Source: Methanococcus maripaludis (GTDB taxonomy: Archaea > AGJL01 > Methanococci > Methanococcales > Methanococcaceae). Taken from it: a DNA stretch of 32,000 nucleotides. The DNA lies in NCBI RefSeq assembly GCF_002945325.1, contig NZ_CP026606.1, positions 570,001-602,000 on the forward strand, read 5' to 3'. A program made the translations under genes and the position numbers. Every line of letters starts with the position of its first letter. The first letter of the stretch is position 1. The notes beneath the pieces were generated by a model, which searched no databases, had not been told where the DNA came from, and worked only from the letters and a program-made list of their open reading frames with translations. Of this stretch, positions 17,345 through 26,957 are shown piece by piece.

Positions 17345-18622
17345 TTAATTTATCAGTTTACCCGAAAGTCCGAAAGTCTTTGCACCAGTTATTTTAGCTC
17401 GCTTAAACTCACCGATTTTTGTAGGTTCTTCAAAAATTACATTTTTACAGTTGTCAGTGACTCCCATATTATCTTTGGTTACAAGTATTTCGAAAGTTTC
17501 ACCGATATGTCTTTTATTATTTTCGTAACTTAACTCCCGCCTTAATTCATTTAATATTTCAGACCGTTCTTTTCTTATTTTTGTATCAACCTGTTTTAAA
17601 ACAGCTGCTTTTGTGTATTTTCTCTGAGAATATTTTGCAGCATGGGTAAAGTCAGGTTTTATCTTTTTTACAATTTCAAGAGTGTTTTGAAATGCTTCTT
17701 CTGTTTCAGTTGGGAATCCAACAATTACATCGGTTGTAAAGTTTAAATTCTTAATTTTTGATTTAAATTCATTTAATACAGAAATGAATTCATCAACCGT
17801 GTAGTTTCTGTTCATATCTTTTAAAACCTGGTCATCACCACTTTGAATTGGAAGGTGGAGGAATTTTACGACCTTTTCAGACTTAAAAGATTCAATTAAT
17901 TCGTCAAGTATTGGTTCTGCGAATTTCGCGTGCATCATTCCAATTCTCATTGCAAATTTTTCAGGAATTTCTGAAATATCATTTATTAAATTTGAAAGGT
18001 TGTCGTTATTATCAAGCCCATAGCATGCCGTATCTTGAGCAGTTACAAGCAAACATTTTGTGCCAGTTTTTACAAGTTCTTCTGCCTTTTTAACAATTAA
18101 ATCTCGATCGTATGAAACTAAATTTCCTCTTGCACGTTTTACAATGCAGTAAGTACAACTTCCAAGGCATCCTTCACATATGGGTAGTGCGGTAATTAAT
18201 CCTTGCGAACTTACTTTTTTGATTTTTTCGTTTAATCTATCTTCAAAATTTAAATTTTGAGTTGATTCATTGTTTTTTTCAAAACAATCTTTTAAAAGTT
18301 TATCTTTCAAGATGTTTCCAGAATGCTGAGCTTCTCTTGGCATTATCAAAACATCTGCAAGATTTTCAATTTTTTTGGAAAGTGCTTTTGCCATGCATCC
18401 TGCTACGACAACTTTTTTATCCAATGATTTGAAATATTCTATTCGTGAAATCATTCTGTGTTCGGTTTCCTGCCTGACAATACAGGTATTTATGACAATT
18501 ATGTCAGAATCGTCCACATTATCGGTCAATTCAAAATCTTCAAATTCATTAACTGAATTTTTTATTATTTCAGTGTCTGCAGTGTTTAAAGTGCAGCCGT
18601 ATCCTTCAATGTAAATTTTCAA
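17345..18622 (-). CDS. Archaeal MiaB-like radical-SAM methylthiotransferase (e-MtaB/CDKAL1 type, ms2t6A candidate)
   Basis: The N-terminal MTTase domain has YIEGYGCTLN. The radical-SAM motif is CLGSCTYC, and the C-terminus is TRAM-like. The start is uncertain: the track uses TTG 18634, while TTG 18622 lies 4 nt after GGTGAT and gives MKIYIEGYGC. Confidence 0.85.
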   Translation of the reverse strand: MKIYIEGYGCTLNTADTEIIKNSVNEFEDFELTDNVDDSDIIVINTCIVRQETEHRMISRIEYFKSLDKKVVVAGCMAKALSKKIENLADVLIMPREAQHSGNILKDKLLKDCFEKNNESTQNLNFEDRLNEKIKKVSSQGLITALPICEGCLGSCTYCIVKRARGNLVSYDRDLIVKKAEELVKTGTKCLLVTAQDTACYGLDNNDNLSNLINDISEIPEKFAMRIGMMHAKFAEPILDELIESFKSEKVVKFLHLPIQSGDDQVLKDMNRNYTVDEFISVLNEFKSKIKNLNFTTDVIVGFPTETEEAFQNTLEIVKKIKPDFTHAAKYSQRKYTKAAVLKQVDTKIRKERSEILNELRRELSYENNKRHIGETFEILVTKDNMGVTDNCKNVIFEEPTKIGEFKRAKITGAKTFGLSGKLIN

Positions 18623-18657
18623 TTTTATCACCAAAATAAAAACCGGATGGTGGAGTT

Positions 18658-19161
18658 ATGAATGCAAGTGAAGCTGTTTATAAAGCAATACTAGATTCAG
18701 GGGTTGATTTTGTAACGAGTGTTCCTTGTGCAAATTTAAAAACTGTTTTAAATTACCTAAATGATAACAAAGATATTCAGCACATCCCAGTAACTCGTGA
18801 AGAGGAAGGAATCGGGGTTTGTGCTGGAGCGTATCTTGGAGGCAGAAAAACTGCGCTTTTGATGCAGAATTCTGGCCTTGGAAACTCCATAAATGCGATA
18901 GGTTCGTTAGTTAAAGTTTATAAAATCCCTATTTTAATTATAATAAGTCATCGGGGGGATTTAAAGGAAAAAATTTCTGCACAAATTCCTATGGGCCAGT
19001 GGACCAAAAAATTGCTTGAAACAGTTGAAATTCCATATTTCAGTCCAAAAACTCCTGATGAAGCGTATAAATTAATAAAAGATGCTTCAGAACTTTCCAT
19101 AAACATGGAATACCCTGTAGCGATACTTCTCGATGCACTTTACTGGGAACACGACAAATAA
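18658..19161 (+). CDS. comD: Sulfopyruvate decarboxylase alpha subunit (coenzyme M biosynthesis)
   Basis: A 167-aa ORF with a TPP-enzyme PYR-domain pattern: VDFVTSVPCANL...VTREEEGIGVCAGAYLGGRKTALLMQNSGLGN. Size matches MJ0255. Confidence 0.8.
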   Translation: MNASEAVYKAILDSGVDFVTSVPCANLKTVLNYLNDNKDIQHIPVTREEEGIGVCAGAYLGGRKTALLMQNSGLGNSINAIGSLVKVYKIPILIIISHRGDLKEKISAQIPMGQWTKKLLETVEIPYFSPKTPDEAYKLIKDASELSINMEYPVAILLDALYWEHDK

Positions 19162-19176
19162 TCGAATTTAGTATAT

Positions 19177-19189
19177 CTTTTCCTTTTTT
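19177..19189 (+). terminator. Oligo-T tract after comD
   Basis: CTTTTCCTTTTTT lies 16 nt after the stop. Confidence 0.35.
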
Positions 19190-19228
19190 CTAATTTTAAT
19201 TAAAAAATAGTTAATTATTTTATTTTAA

Positions 19229-20110
<882 letters not shown>

Positions 20111-20223
20111 TTATAAAATAATATTTACCGAAAAGTTAATGTGTTTTATGAATCTTAAAAAATCTATCAAAAGAGTATTTTATATTATAATTTATAATTA
20201 TCGGTAAGTTTTGAGGTAAAACC

Positions 20224-21384
20224 ATGGAAGACATTATTGTGATAGGTTCTGGTGTTGGGGGAAGTACAGTATTTAAAGAGTTAAAAGAGGCGTTTCCAGA
20301 CCAGAATATAAGACTGATTGAAAGTGGAAGTGATCCTTTCTATGTATCCGAAGGAGAAAATGTTGAAGTAATCTATGCAAATTCATTTGGTGGAACAGGC
20401 GTTTATTCTGTTGCAAATGCAGTTCGAATTGATTTAAAAGAGTTCAATATTTCAAAAAAAGATCCAATATATGAAAAAATTGAAAAAGAGTTATCAATTT
20501 CAGACGTTCCTGATGATTACTTAAGAAAAAATTCAAAAAAACTTTTAGAATCAGGTTTTTCAAAAACTCCAAAATTTATTAACTTTGAACTCTGTAAAAA
20601 CTGCGGGCTCTGTGCACATGATCCATGTGATGCTAAATGGATACCCTGTGACTTTTTGAGAAAATACAACGACGATATTGTAACAGACACGATTGTAATG
20701 AAATTAGCAAAACAGGACGGCATTTTTTCGATAGTAGCACTCGATAAAAAAAGTGGAGAAATTAGGATTTACCGATCAAAACAGGTAATTGTATCTGCTG
20801 GAGCAATAAATTCACCAAGAATTTTAAAAACTATATTAAATAATGAAGAAATTGGTAAAAATTTGTATATTGACACTTTTGTAACAGTAGGTGGAATTTT
20901 AAAAGATTCAAAGTTAAAATCTGAAGTTTCAATGGCGATAAACAAAAAATACGATGATTTTATACTTGCAACCCATTATTCAGAATTACTGCATAAAAGA
21001 ATTTCAGAATTTGAAGAAGTAAATAAAAACGACGTATTCGGCCTAATGGTAAAAATTAAAGATGAAAATACAGGAGAAGTATTTGAAAACAGCGTAAAAA
21101 AAGAAATGTCAATGAATGATACGAGAACTTTGTGTGAAGGCGTTTCGAAAGCTTCAAAATACCTTTATAATTTAGGAATTGAAAATATTTATTCAACAGT
21201 TCCAAGAGGCTCGCACCCCGGAGGAACGTGTGCAGTTGGAAAAGTCGTTAATAAAAACCTTGAAACAGAAATTGAAGGATTATACGTGTGTGATGCATCA
21301 GTAATTCCAAAAGCACCGGGAGCTCCGCCAATTTTGGGAATTATGGCAATTTCAAATAAATTTGTTGAAAATTTGAAAAAATAG
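20224..21384 (+). CDS. Short GMC-type FAD oxidoreductase with an inserted Cys-rich motif
   Basis: The FAD fingerprint is IVIGSGVGGS. The GMC C-terminal signature is GSHPGGTCAVGKVV...GLYVCDASVIPKAPGAPPILGIMAIS. Residues 124-142 read CKNCGLCAHDPCDAKWIPC. At 386 aa it is shorter than the GMC enzymes I am familiar with. Confidence 0.65.
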   Translation: MEDIIVIGSGVGGSTVFKELKEAFPDQNIRLIESGSDPFYVSEGENVEVIYANSFGGTGVYSVANAVRIDLKEFNISKKDPIYEKIEKELSISDVPDDYLRKNSKKLLESGFSKTPKFINFELCKNCGLCAHDPCDAKWIPCDFLRKYNDDIVTDTIVMKLAKQDGIFSIVALDKKSGEIRIYRSKQVIVSAGAINSPRILKTILNNEEIGKNLYIDTFVTVGGILKDSKLKSEVSMAINKKYDDFILATHYSELLHKRISEFEEVNKNDVFGLMVKIKDENTGEVFENSVKKEMSMNDTRTLCEGVSKASKYLYNLGIENIYSTVPRGSHPGGTCAVGKVVNKNLETEIEGLYVCDASVIPKAPGAPPILGIMAISNKFVENLKK

Positions 21385-21405
21385 TTTTAAATTTTTTATT
21401 TTTAT

Positions 21406-22326
21406 TTAATTTTTTAATTTCAGAAGAATTTCATTTATTAATTTATCGAGATTTATCCCTTTTAAAACATCAATAACAGGTATCGCGAGTTCTTTTGACA
21501 TTTTTTCAATCGATTCTTCCAAATTTTCTTCACGCATGCATCTTGAATTTAGAGTAACTGCAATTACGGGTTTTCCACTTAAAAGTTCTATTGCAGAAAT
21601 ATTCTTTTTTATAATTTCTAAATCTTGTGTATCGGATGCTAAAATTGTAAAATCAGGTTTTGAACCAAATAAAACCGCAATACTAATTAAACCGCCACCT
21701 CTTCCAGTTCCAACCTCTAAGGTGTCTGCAAATATCCCAGTTTGACTTGAAACAATAATTAAATCCCTGTTTTTAGTATCAAGTTTTTTTACCGCCCCAA
21801 ATATCGTTGATGCACAGTGGCAGGTTTCTATCGTCTGAGGAACCACCATTTCATCAATACCGCAAATTAAAGACTGCGGTTCTGTTCCAACAATTCCCAA
21901 ATTAATTCTTTTTTCAAGTTCTTTTTTTAAAATCATGCAGGTTGTGAATTTTCCAGACTGTCTGCTTGTTCCCATGATTGTCATTACTTTTGTATTAACC
22001 CCATCAAGTCCACTTTTTGCATAAGCTTGTAGTTCATCGTATTTTTTAGGATTTGATGAATCATAGTATTTTACACCATATTTCAAAGCTAAGTCTTTTA
22101 AATCATCGTTTTCCCCAACCCTGCACAGTCTTGCCATGTTGTAGATATTATTTCCTTTCTTAATTTCTTCTTCAATTGTTTTTTTCCAAATTTTTACGTC
22201 TTCTGGGCCAAGTATTTCTTTAGTCCATATAAATGTATCGTAATTTAACTCATCTATAAGCGTATTTCCAAAAAGACGGATTCCATTGGCCACCTTATCA
22301 TGATGAGACAGATTTACCCGTTTCAT
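21406..22326 (-). CDS. DUF1611/COG3367-like P-loop protein (function unknown)
   Basis: A 306-aa ORF. TIMGTSRQSGKFTT resembles the GTDxxxGKxTT loop of DUF1611 proteins. The family call is from memory. Confidence 0.45.
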   Translation of the reverse strand: MKRVNLSHHDKVANGIRLFGNTLIDELNYDTFIWTKEILGPEDVKIWKKTIEEEIKKGNNIYNMARLCRVGENDDLKDLALKYGVKYYDSSNPKKYDELQAYAKSGLDGVNTKVMTIMGTSRQSGKFTTCMILKKELEKRINLGIVGTEPQSLICGIDEMVVPQTIETCHCASTIFGAVKKLDTKNRDLIIVSSQTGIFADTLEVGTGRGGGLISIAVLFGSKPDFTILASDTQDLEIIKKNISAIELLSGKPVIAVTLNSRCMREENLEESIEKMSKELAIPVIDVLKGINLDKLINEILLKLKN

Positions 22327-22484
22327 ATATCATTCAACCGCTGATTTTTTGTCTAAAAAAATATTAGTATTTAAAGCTTTCTATTTGAAATCGATAGTTT
22401 ATTTAATAAATTTAAAATCTAATATACAATTGAGTATTTAATTTAAATACCTTTTGGGATTATTAAAGACAACAGGAGAATAAA

Positions 22485-22898
22485 ATGGAAAAAATCAAAG
22501 AAATAATTGTTAAAAATATTATGAGCAGTGACGTGGTTTCAGTTAGCCCTGAGTCAGGTGTGGTTGAAGCATTTGAAGCCCTTTTAAAAAATAAAATAAG
22601 TTGTCTGCCTGTTGTAAATCAAAACAACGAAACAATCGGTATTGTAACGACTACAGACATAGGATATAACTTAATTATCGATGAATATACTTTAGAAACC
22701 ACAATAGCAGATGTTATGACAAAAAAAGTTGTAACGATCAAACAGGACGAATCTGCAGTTGATGCTTTGAAAAAGATGGATCTTCACGGAGATGGAAGAG
22801 AAATCATAAACCAGTTACCGGTAATTAACAGCGAAAATAAACTTGTTGGAATACTTTCCGACGGAGATATTTTAAGGGCGATCTCAAAACTATGCTAA
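22485..22898 (+). CDS. Stand-alone CBS-domain pair protein
   Basis: A 137-aa ORF with two CBS motifs ([12 protein letters not shown]...[20 protein letters not shown] and [12 protein letters not shown]...[20 protein letters not shown]). AGGAG lies upstream of the ATG. Confidence 0.85.
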   Translation: MEKIKEIIVKNIMSSDVVSVSPESGVVEAFEALLKNKISCLPVVNQNNETIGIVTTTDIGYNLIIDEYTLETTIADVMTKKVVTIKQDESAVDALKKMDLHGDGREIINQLPVINSENKLVGILSDGDILRAISKLC

Positions 22899-22912
22899 AA
22901 TCCCCACTTTAG

Positions 22913-23683
22913 TTACATTTTATTAATCCAATCTATATTATTTGACAGTACACACCGTGCTACAGATACAAAATCGGCATATTCAAGTATTTCTTTTGCA
23001 CTTTCAACAGAATTAACCGAATTGTTGCCAATTATTATTTTTTCGGGGAAATTTTCCCTAATTTTTTTCAGGTATTCTAAATCCGCATGATTTTTTCCAG
23101 GATTAAAACAGTCGATGTGTATTCCATCAAAATATACTCTAACTTTATCAAGCGATTTTATTAATTCTTCGGCTTTTAAAAAATTAGCCCGTAATTTTAA
23201 AAAAATAGGAATTTCTAAATTTAATTTGTGAATATTTTTTAAAAAATCAATTAATTTAGATTCATTTTCGAATTTTAATAAATTCTGTCCAAGTTTCAGA
23301 TCAGTTATTTCAGGCTGCCTGCAGTGGCAGTTTAATTCCAAAATATCTGCATTTTTTGAAATTTCGATTATATGAGATTCTGCTTTAGAAAAATCGTTAA
23401 AACGGATATTTACAGAAACTAAAGAATTACTTTTTTTTGCTTTTTCAATTTCAAAACTTATTTTTTCGTCAATTTCACTTAACTCATAAATAAATTCTTT
23501 TCTTCCGCGATTTTGAATTTTTTTACTTGCCAAATCTGTGTCAAAATCTAAATTAAATGCACCAAGGCACACGATTCCAAAAGTATCATTATATTTTAAA
23601 CAAAAATCGCCATCAGTAATCCCGGCCATTGGAGCAAGGACTATTTTTTTTGGAATCTTGTAAATTTTATCTAATTTTTTCAT
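22913..23683 (-). CDS. Archaeal NifR3/Dus-related TIM-barrel protein (probable flavin-dependent, function unknown)
   Basis: A 256-aa ORF. The N-terminal VLAPMAGITDGDF matches the Dus LAPMAGxTD motif. ILELNCHCRQPE resembles the Dus D-x-N-x-GCP segment. It is too short to be a full bacterial Dus. Confidence 0.6.
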   Translation of the reverse strand: MKKLDKIYKIPKKIVLAPMAGITDGDFCLKYNDTFGIVCLGAFNLDFDTDLASKKIQNRGRKEFIYELSEIDEKISFEIEKAKKSNSLVSVNIRFNDFSKAESHIIEISKNADILELNCHCRQPEITDLKLGQNLLKFENESKLIDFLKNIHKLNLEIPIFLKLRANFLKAEELIKSLDKVRVYFDGIHIDCFNPGKNHADLEYLKKIRENFPEKIIIGNNSVNSVESAKEILEYADFVSVARCVLSNNIDWINKM

Positions 23684-23712
23684 AAAATATCCCAGATAAA
23701 AAAAGAATTAGT

Positions 23713-24513
23713 TTAAATTGGGCACATGTAGTTGTAAGGTACATTTTTTTGTTCATCGATTTCCTGCTTCAAGGTGTAAACCTGGGAATCAGTTTTTCCC
23801 TCTCGAATAACTTCTAAACCGATATCTGCAAGGTTTGATGCATCTTCTGCAGTTTTTCCAATACCAATACCTGCTTTTAATTCAATACCACAGGAATCTT
23901 TTATGTCTTCAAACATGCAAAGGAAATCTTTTTCGTTCATTCCATTACATGGACACATAAAGTTGTCCCCACCAATGAAAAAGCCCAGTGAATCGTATTT
24001 TTTAAGTTCTTCCATCAATTTAAGCTTTGTTTTTTGTACTGAAAGATAAGTATCGTATGCAGTTTCAAGATCGGTTAATTTACCAGTTATATCATTTATA
24101 TCAACGTGTGCAAGTTGCACATAGCCATTTGATACAAATTCATTAGCTACATCCAAGACTTCTTTTCTAACGTCGTCTTGTGCACTGCCGTATTCTTGAA
24201 TCGTTTCTGTTGCAAGTTTTTGAGCTTCGTATGCAGTTTCTGCTGAAGCTACCGCCATGCTGACAGTAAATGGATACCTATTTTTTACACTATTTTGAAT
24301 TCTTTTGTGGGTTTCTAAATCAATTCCGTTTGTAATTGCAATAATATTGTCAAATCTTGTGTAAAATGCAAGACCTTTGTGTGCTCCAAATTGCAAGTTC
24401 ATATCGCAGTAAAGTCTTGATTGAAGTGCCTGTAAGTCACTTTCTCTTCTTGGATTGGGGGTAACTGTCCATGGACCGTAATTATCAATTTGTACAACGG
24501 TTATTTGAATCAT
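23713..24513 (-). CDS. arfA: GTP cyclohydrolase III (MJ0145 type; riboflavin/F420 precursor pathway)
   Basis: [35 protein letters not shown] is the characteristic N-terminus. The ORF-track start at 24585 adds 24 unconserved residues. ATG 24513 follows AGGAGA. Confidence 0.88.
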   Translation of the reverse strand: MIQITVVQIDNYGPWTVTPNPRRESDLQALQSRLYCDMNLQFGAHKGLAFYTRFDNIIAITNGIDLETHKRIQNSVKNRYPFTVSMAVASAETAYEAQKLATETIQEYGSAQDDVRKEVLDVANEFVSNGYVQLAHVDINDITGKLTDLETAYDTYLSVQKTKLKLMEELKKYDSLGFFIGGDNFMCPCNGMNEKDFLCMFEDIKDSCGIELKAGIGIGKTAEDASNLADIGLEVIREGKTDSQVYTLKQEIDEQKNVPYNYMCPI

Positions 24514-24618
24514 TATTATCTCCTTTATTAATCCGCTAACTTTCCAGTTTACGAAGCAATAACCTGACATTAACCTAATGCTCAATAAATATATTACTCA
24601 ATAATATTTTTAATATCA

Positions 24619-25548
24619 CTATTTGGATTTATAATAGTCAAGGATATTTCTTGCGAGATTTATTTTATCTTCAATAGTCTTCATTATCGTATTAGCATAT
24701 AAAACTTCACAATTTATTTCTTTCTTTTTGTTAATATCTTTATTGTCTAAAACTAAAACATCTACAATATCTTTATAATATTCATAAACTCCAACTGCAT
24801 TCACAGGGTAGCCTTTTGCATGCATTAGCGTTCCAGCAGGTCCACTTACAGGATTTTCACCAACTATTGGCGAAACTGCAAAAACCAGCTTTTCTTTTAA
24901 TGCATTTTTTATCTCGGAAATGCTTAAAATTGGCCCAATTGATGTTATCGGGTTTGATGGACCAATAATCACAAAATCGCTTTCTTTAATTGCTTTCAAA
25001 ACCCCAACTGCAGCTTTTGCATAATTTGAGTTTTCGTAGAATATATCTAAAACTTTTGCATTTCCACGTCTTGACACCCAAAAATCGTGAAATTTCAGAA
25101 GGATTTTTTCATTATTTTCTTCGATTAAAACTTTGGATTCAATTTTTTCATTTGACATTGGATAAATCTTTGAGTTTATTGATAAAGATTTTCGTTCAAT
25201 ATCCACTATTTCAGACATTGGTACTCCTTTTTTCAAAAGAGATGTTTTATGCATTTTTAATGCTCGATCTTTGTCTCCTATCCTCAAAACTTCATCAAAT
25301 CCAAAATTTTTAAGCTGTTCATGACAGAAGAAAGTATCTCCCTTTAGCCCATACCAAGTTTCGTCGTTTATCAGGTTAGAAAACGTGTATAAAACAGTGT
25401 CAATATCAGGTGACAGGTAAATATCACCAATATATGTATCTTCACCAGTGTTTACAATAACGGAAATATCTTCGTTTGGAAGAATTTCTTTAAAACCCTG
25501 AATTAATTTTGGGGTTCCTGTTCCGCCTGAAAGAATAGTTATTTTCAT
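24619..25548 (-). CDS. cofD: LPPG:FO 2-phospho-L-lactate transferase CofD (F420 biosynthesis)
   Basis: The protein begins MKITILSGGTGTPKLIQGF and continues VIVNTGEDTYIGDIYLSPDIDTVLYTF, matching the MJ1256 family. The ORF-track start at 25587 overlaps the upstream gene. ATG 25548 lies 19 nt after the upstream stop. Confidence 0.9.
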   Translation of the reverse strand: MKITILSGGTGTPKLIQGFKEILPNEDISVIVNTGEDTYIGDIYLSPDIDTVLYTFSNLINDETWYGLKGDTFFCHEQLKNFGFDEVLRIGDKDRALKMHKTSLLKKGVPMSEIVDIERKSLSINSKIYPMSNEKIESKVLIEENNEKILLKFHDFWVSRRGNAKVLDIFYENSNYAKAAVGVLKAIKESDFVIIGPSNPITSIGPILSISEIKNALKEKLVFAVSPIVGENPVSGPAGTLMHAKGYPVNAVGVYEYYKDIVDVLVLDNKDINKKKEINCEVLYANTIMKTIEDKINLARNILDYYKSK

Positions 25549-25567
25549 AATTTTCACTTTTTTAAAT

Positions 25568-26653
25568 TTAAAGTCCATTTTCCACAATATCCATTACCTT
25601 ATCAGTTCCACTGTTTTTAAGGTACAGATTCATCAATTTCTTGGAATTTTCATAATATTTTGTAGTTGAAATCATTTTTTCAAGTGATTCTTCCAAGTTA
25701 CTATCGATAGTATTGTATGAAAGTGCAATTCCGCATTCCATGTCAGATATTTTTTTCGCGTTGTTTTCCTGTTCCGGGTGATCCAAATCAGGAATAGTTA
25801 TTACAGGTTTTCCAAAACAAGAAGCTTCCATTAGTGTCGAGTGTCCACCATGACATACTACGAATGAGCATTTTTTTAAAAGTTCATCCATATTTGTAGT
25901 TAAAGGGATTACTTCAACATTTTTAGATTTTATTTTTTCAAGTTTTTCTGCTACATCATAACTTCCGCAGACCATCTTTACTTTTAATCCTTTTTTAGCA
26001 GAAATCTTGTTTAAAAGCTCCAATATTTTATATCGATATTCAAATCCACCTATCACACATAAAATATAGCCTTCGTCACTAATTTCTTCAGGAACTACAT
26101 CATAACGAATTAAAGGACCGATAAATGAAAGATTTTCTAACAATTTTAAGTTATATTCGCACACCGTATAAGGCAGTGGAAAATCTGGAATTATTACTTT
26201 TTCTGCAGATTTGTTTATAACATTTAATATTTCCATTACTGGATATACAATGTATTTTTCCTTTTTATCAGTTTTAGTGCAGTTTTGATTCGTTATTATA
26301 TAATAAGGCTTTTTTAAAACCTTTGATGCAACAACTGAACTATATTTACAGTCTGAAATTACCAGATCTGGATCATAACCTTTTATTATGTCCATTTCTT
26401 TTTTTATCGCCCGTGCAGGGTGATAATCACTGTTGAATATACTCTTTTTAACATCAAACTTACCGTTTTTCCCAGAAAGCCTTATTTCAGGATATGTTTC
26501 AAAAACATCTCCCCCTGACATTTCAACAAAATCCTTACTTTTGCCGTATGCTGCATATTTGACTTCGTGTTTTTTTGAAAGTTCATTTCCAATTGCAATA
26601 CAGCGCGTGGTGTGTCCAAACCCTTCACCACATATAGAAATAAGTATTTTCAT
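25568..26653 (-). CDS. GT-B fold glycosyltransferase-like protein (MurG/GT28-related, MJ1255 type), function unknown
   Basis: The N-terminus is GEGFGHTTRCIAIGNEL and the C-terminal motif is VVCHGGHSTLMEA. The track starts at GTG 26662, inside AGGTGA. ATG 26653 lies 5 nt after that SD. Confidence 0.65.
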   Translation of the reverse strand: MKILISICGEGFGHTTRCIAIGNELSKKHEVKYAAYGKSKDFVEMSGGDVFETYPEIRLSGKNGKFDVKKSIFNSDYHPARAIKKEMDIIKGYDPDLVISDCKYSSVVASKVLKKPYYIITNQNCTKTDKKEKYIVYPVMEILNVINKSAEKVIIPDFPLPYTVCEYNLKLLENLSFIGPLIRYDVVPEEISDEGYILCVIGGFEYRYKILELLNKISAKKGLKVKMVCGSYDVAEKLEKIKSKNVEVIPLTTNMDELLKKCSFVVCHGGHSTLMEASCFGKPVITIPDLDHPEQENNAKKISDMECGIALSYNTIDSNLEESLEKMISTTKYYENSKKLMNLYLKNSGTDKVMDIVENGL

Positions 26654-26957
26654 AATATTCACCTAAATAAGCCCAAATAGTTATAAAATACCCTGGTTTC
26701 GAAAATAACCTAATTCAACACTGTAATTCTTAAAAAGGGGTAAAAATTAAAAATCGGATTTTCTGATATTTTCAATTTAGATAGCCTAAAACATCCACAC
26801 CATACTTGTTCGATTTCAATTTAACAATTATACTATATTAATAAATCCTTAATCCAAACATTGGAATTTATGATTTAAACGAGTACATTTAAACCCCATA
26901 TAGTTTACTATTGTAAAAAATATATTTTAAAAAAATAAGTTTTAGAGGATAAATCAT

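Noticed and set aside
24514-24585. 24-codon N-terminal extension of GTP cyclohydrolase III ([24 protein letters not shown]) in the ORF track
   Set aside because: The conserved family N-terminus starts at MIQITVVQ, which has its own AGGAGA SD. The extension has none.
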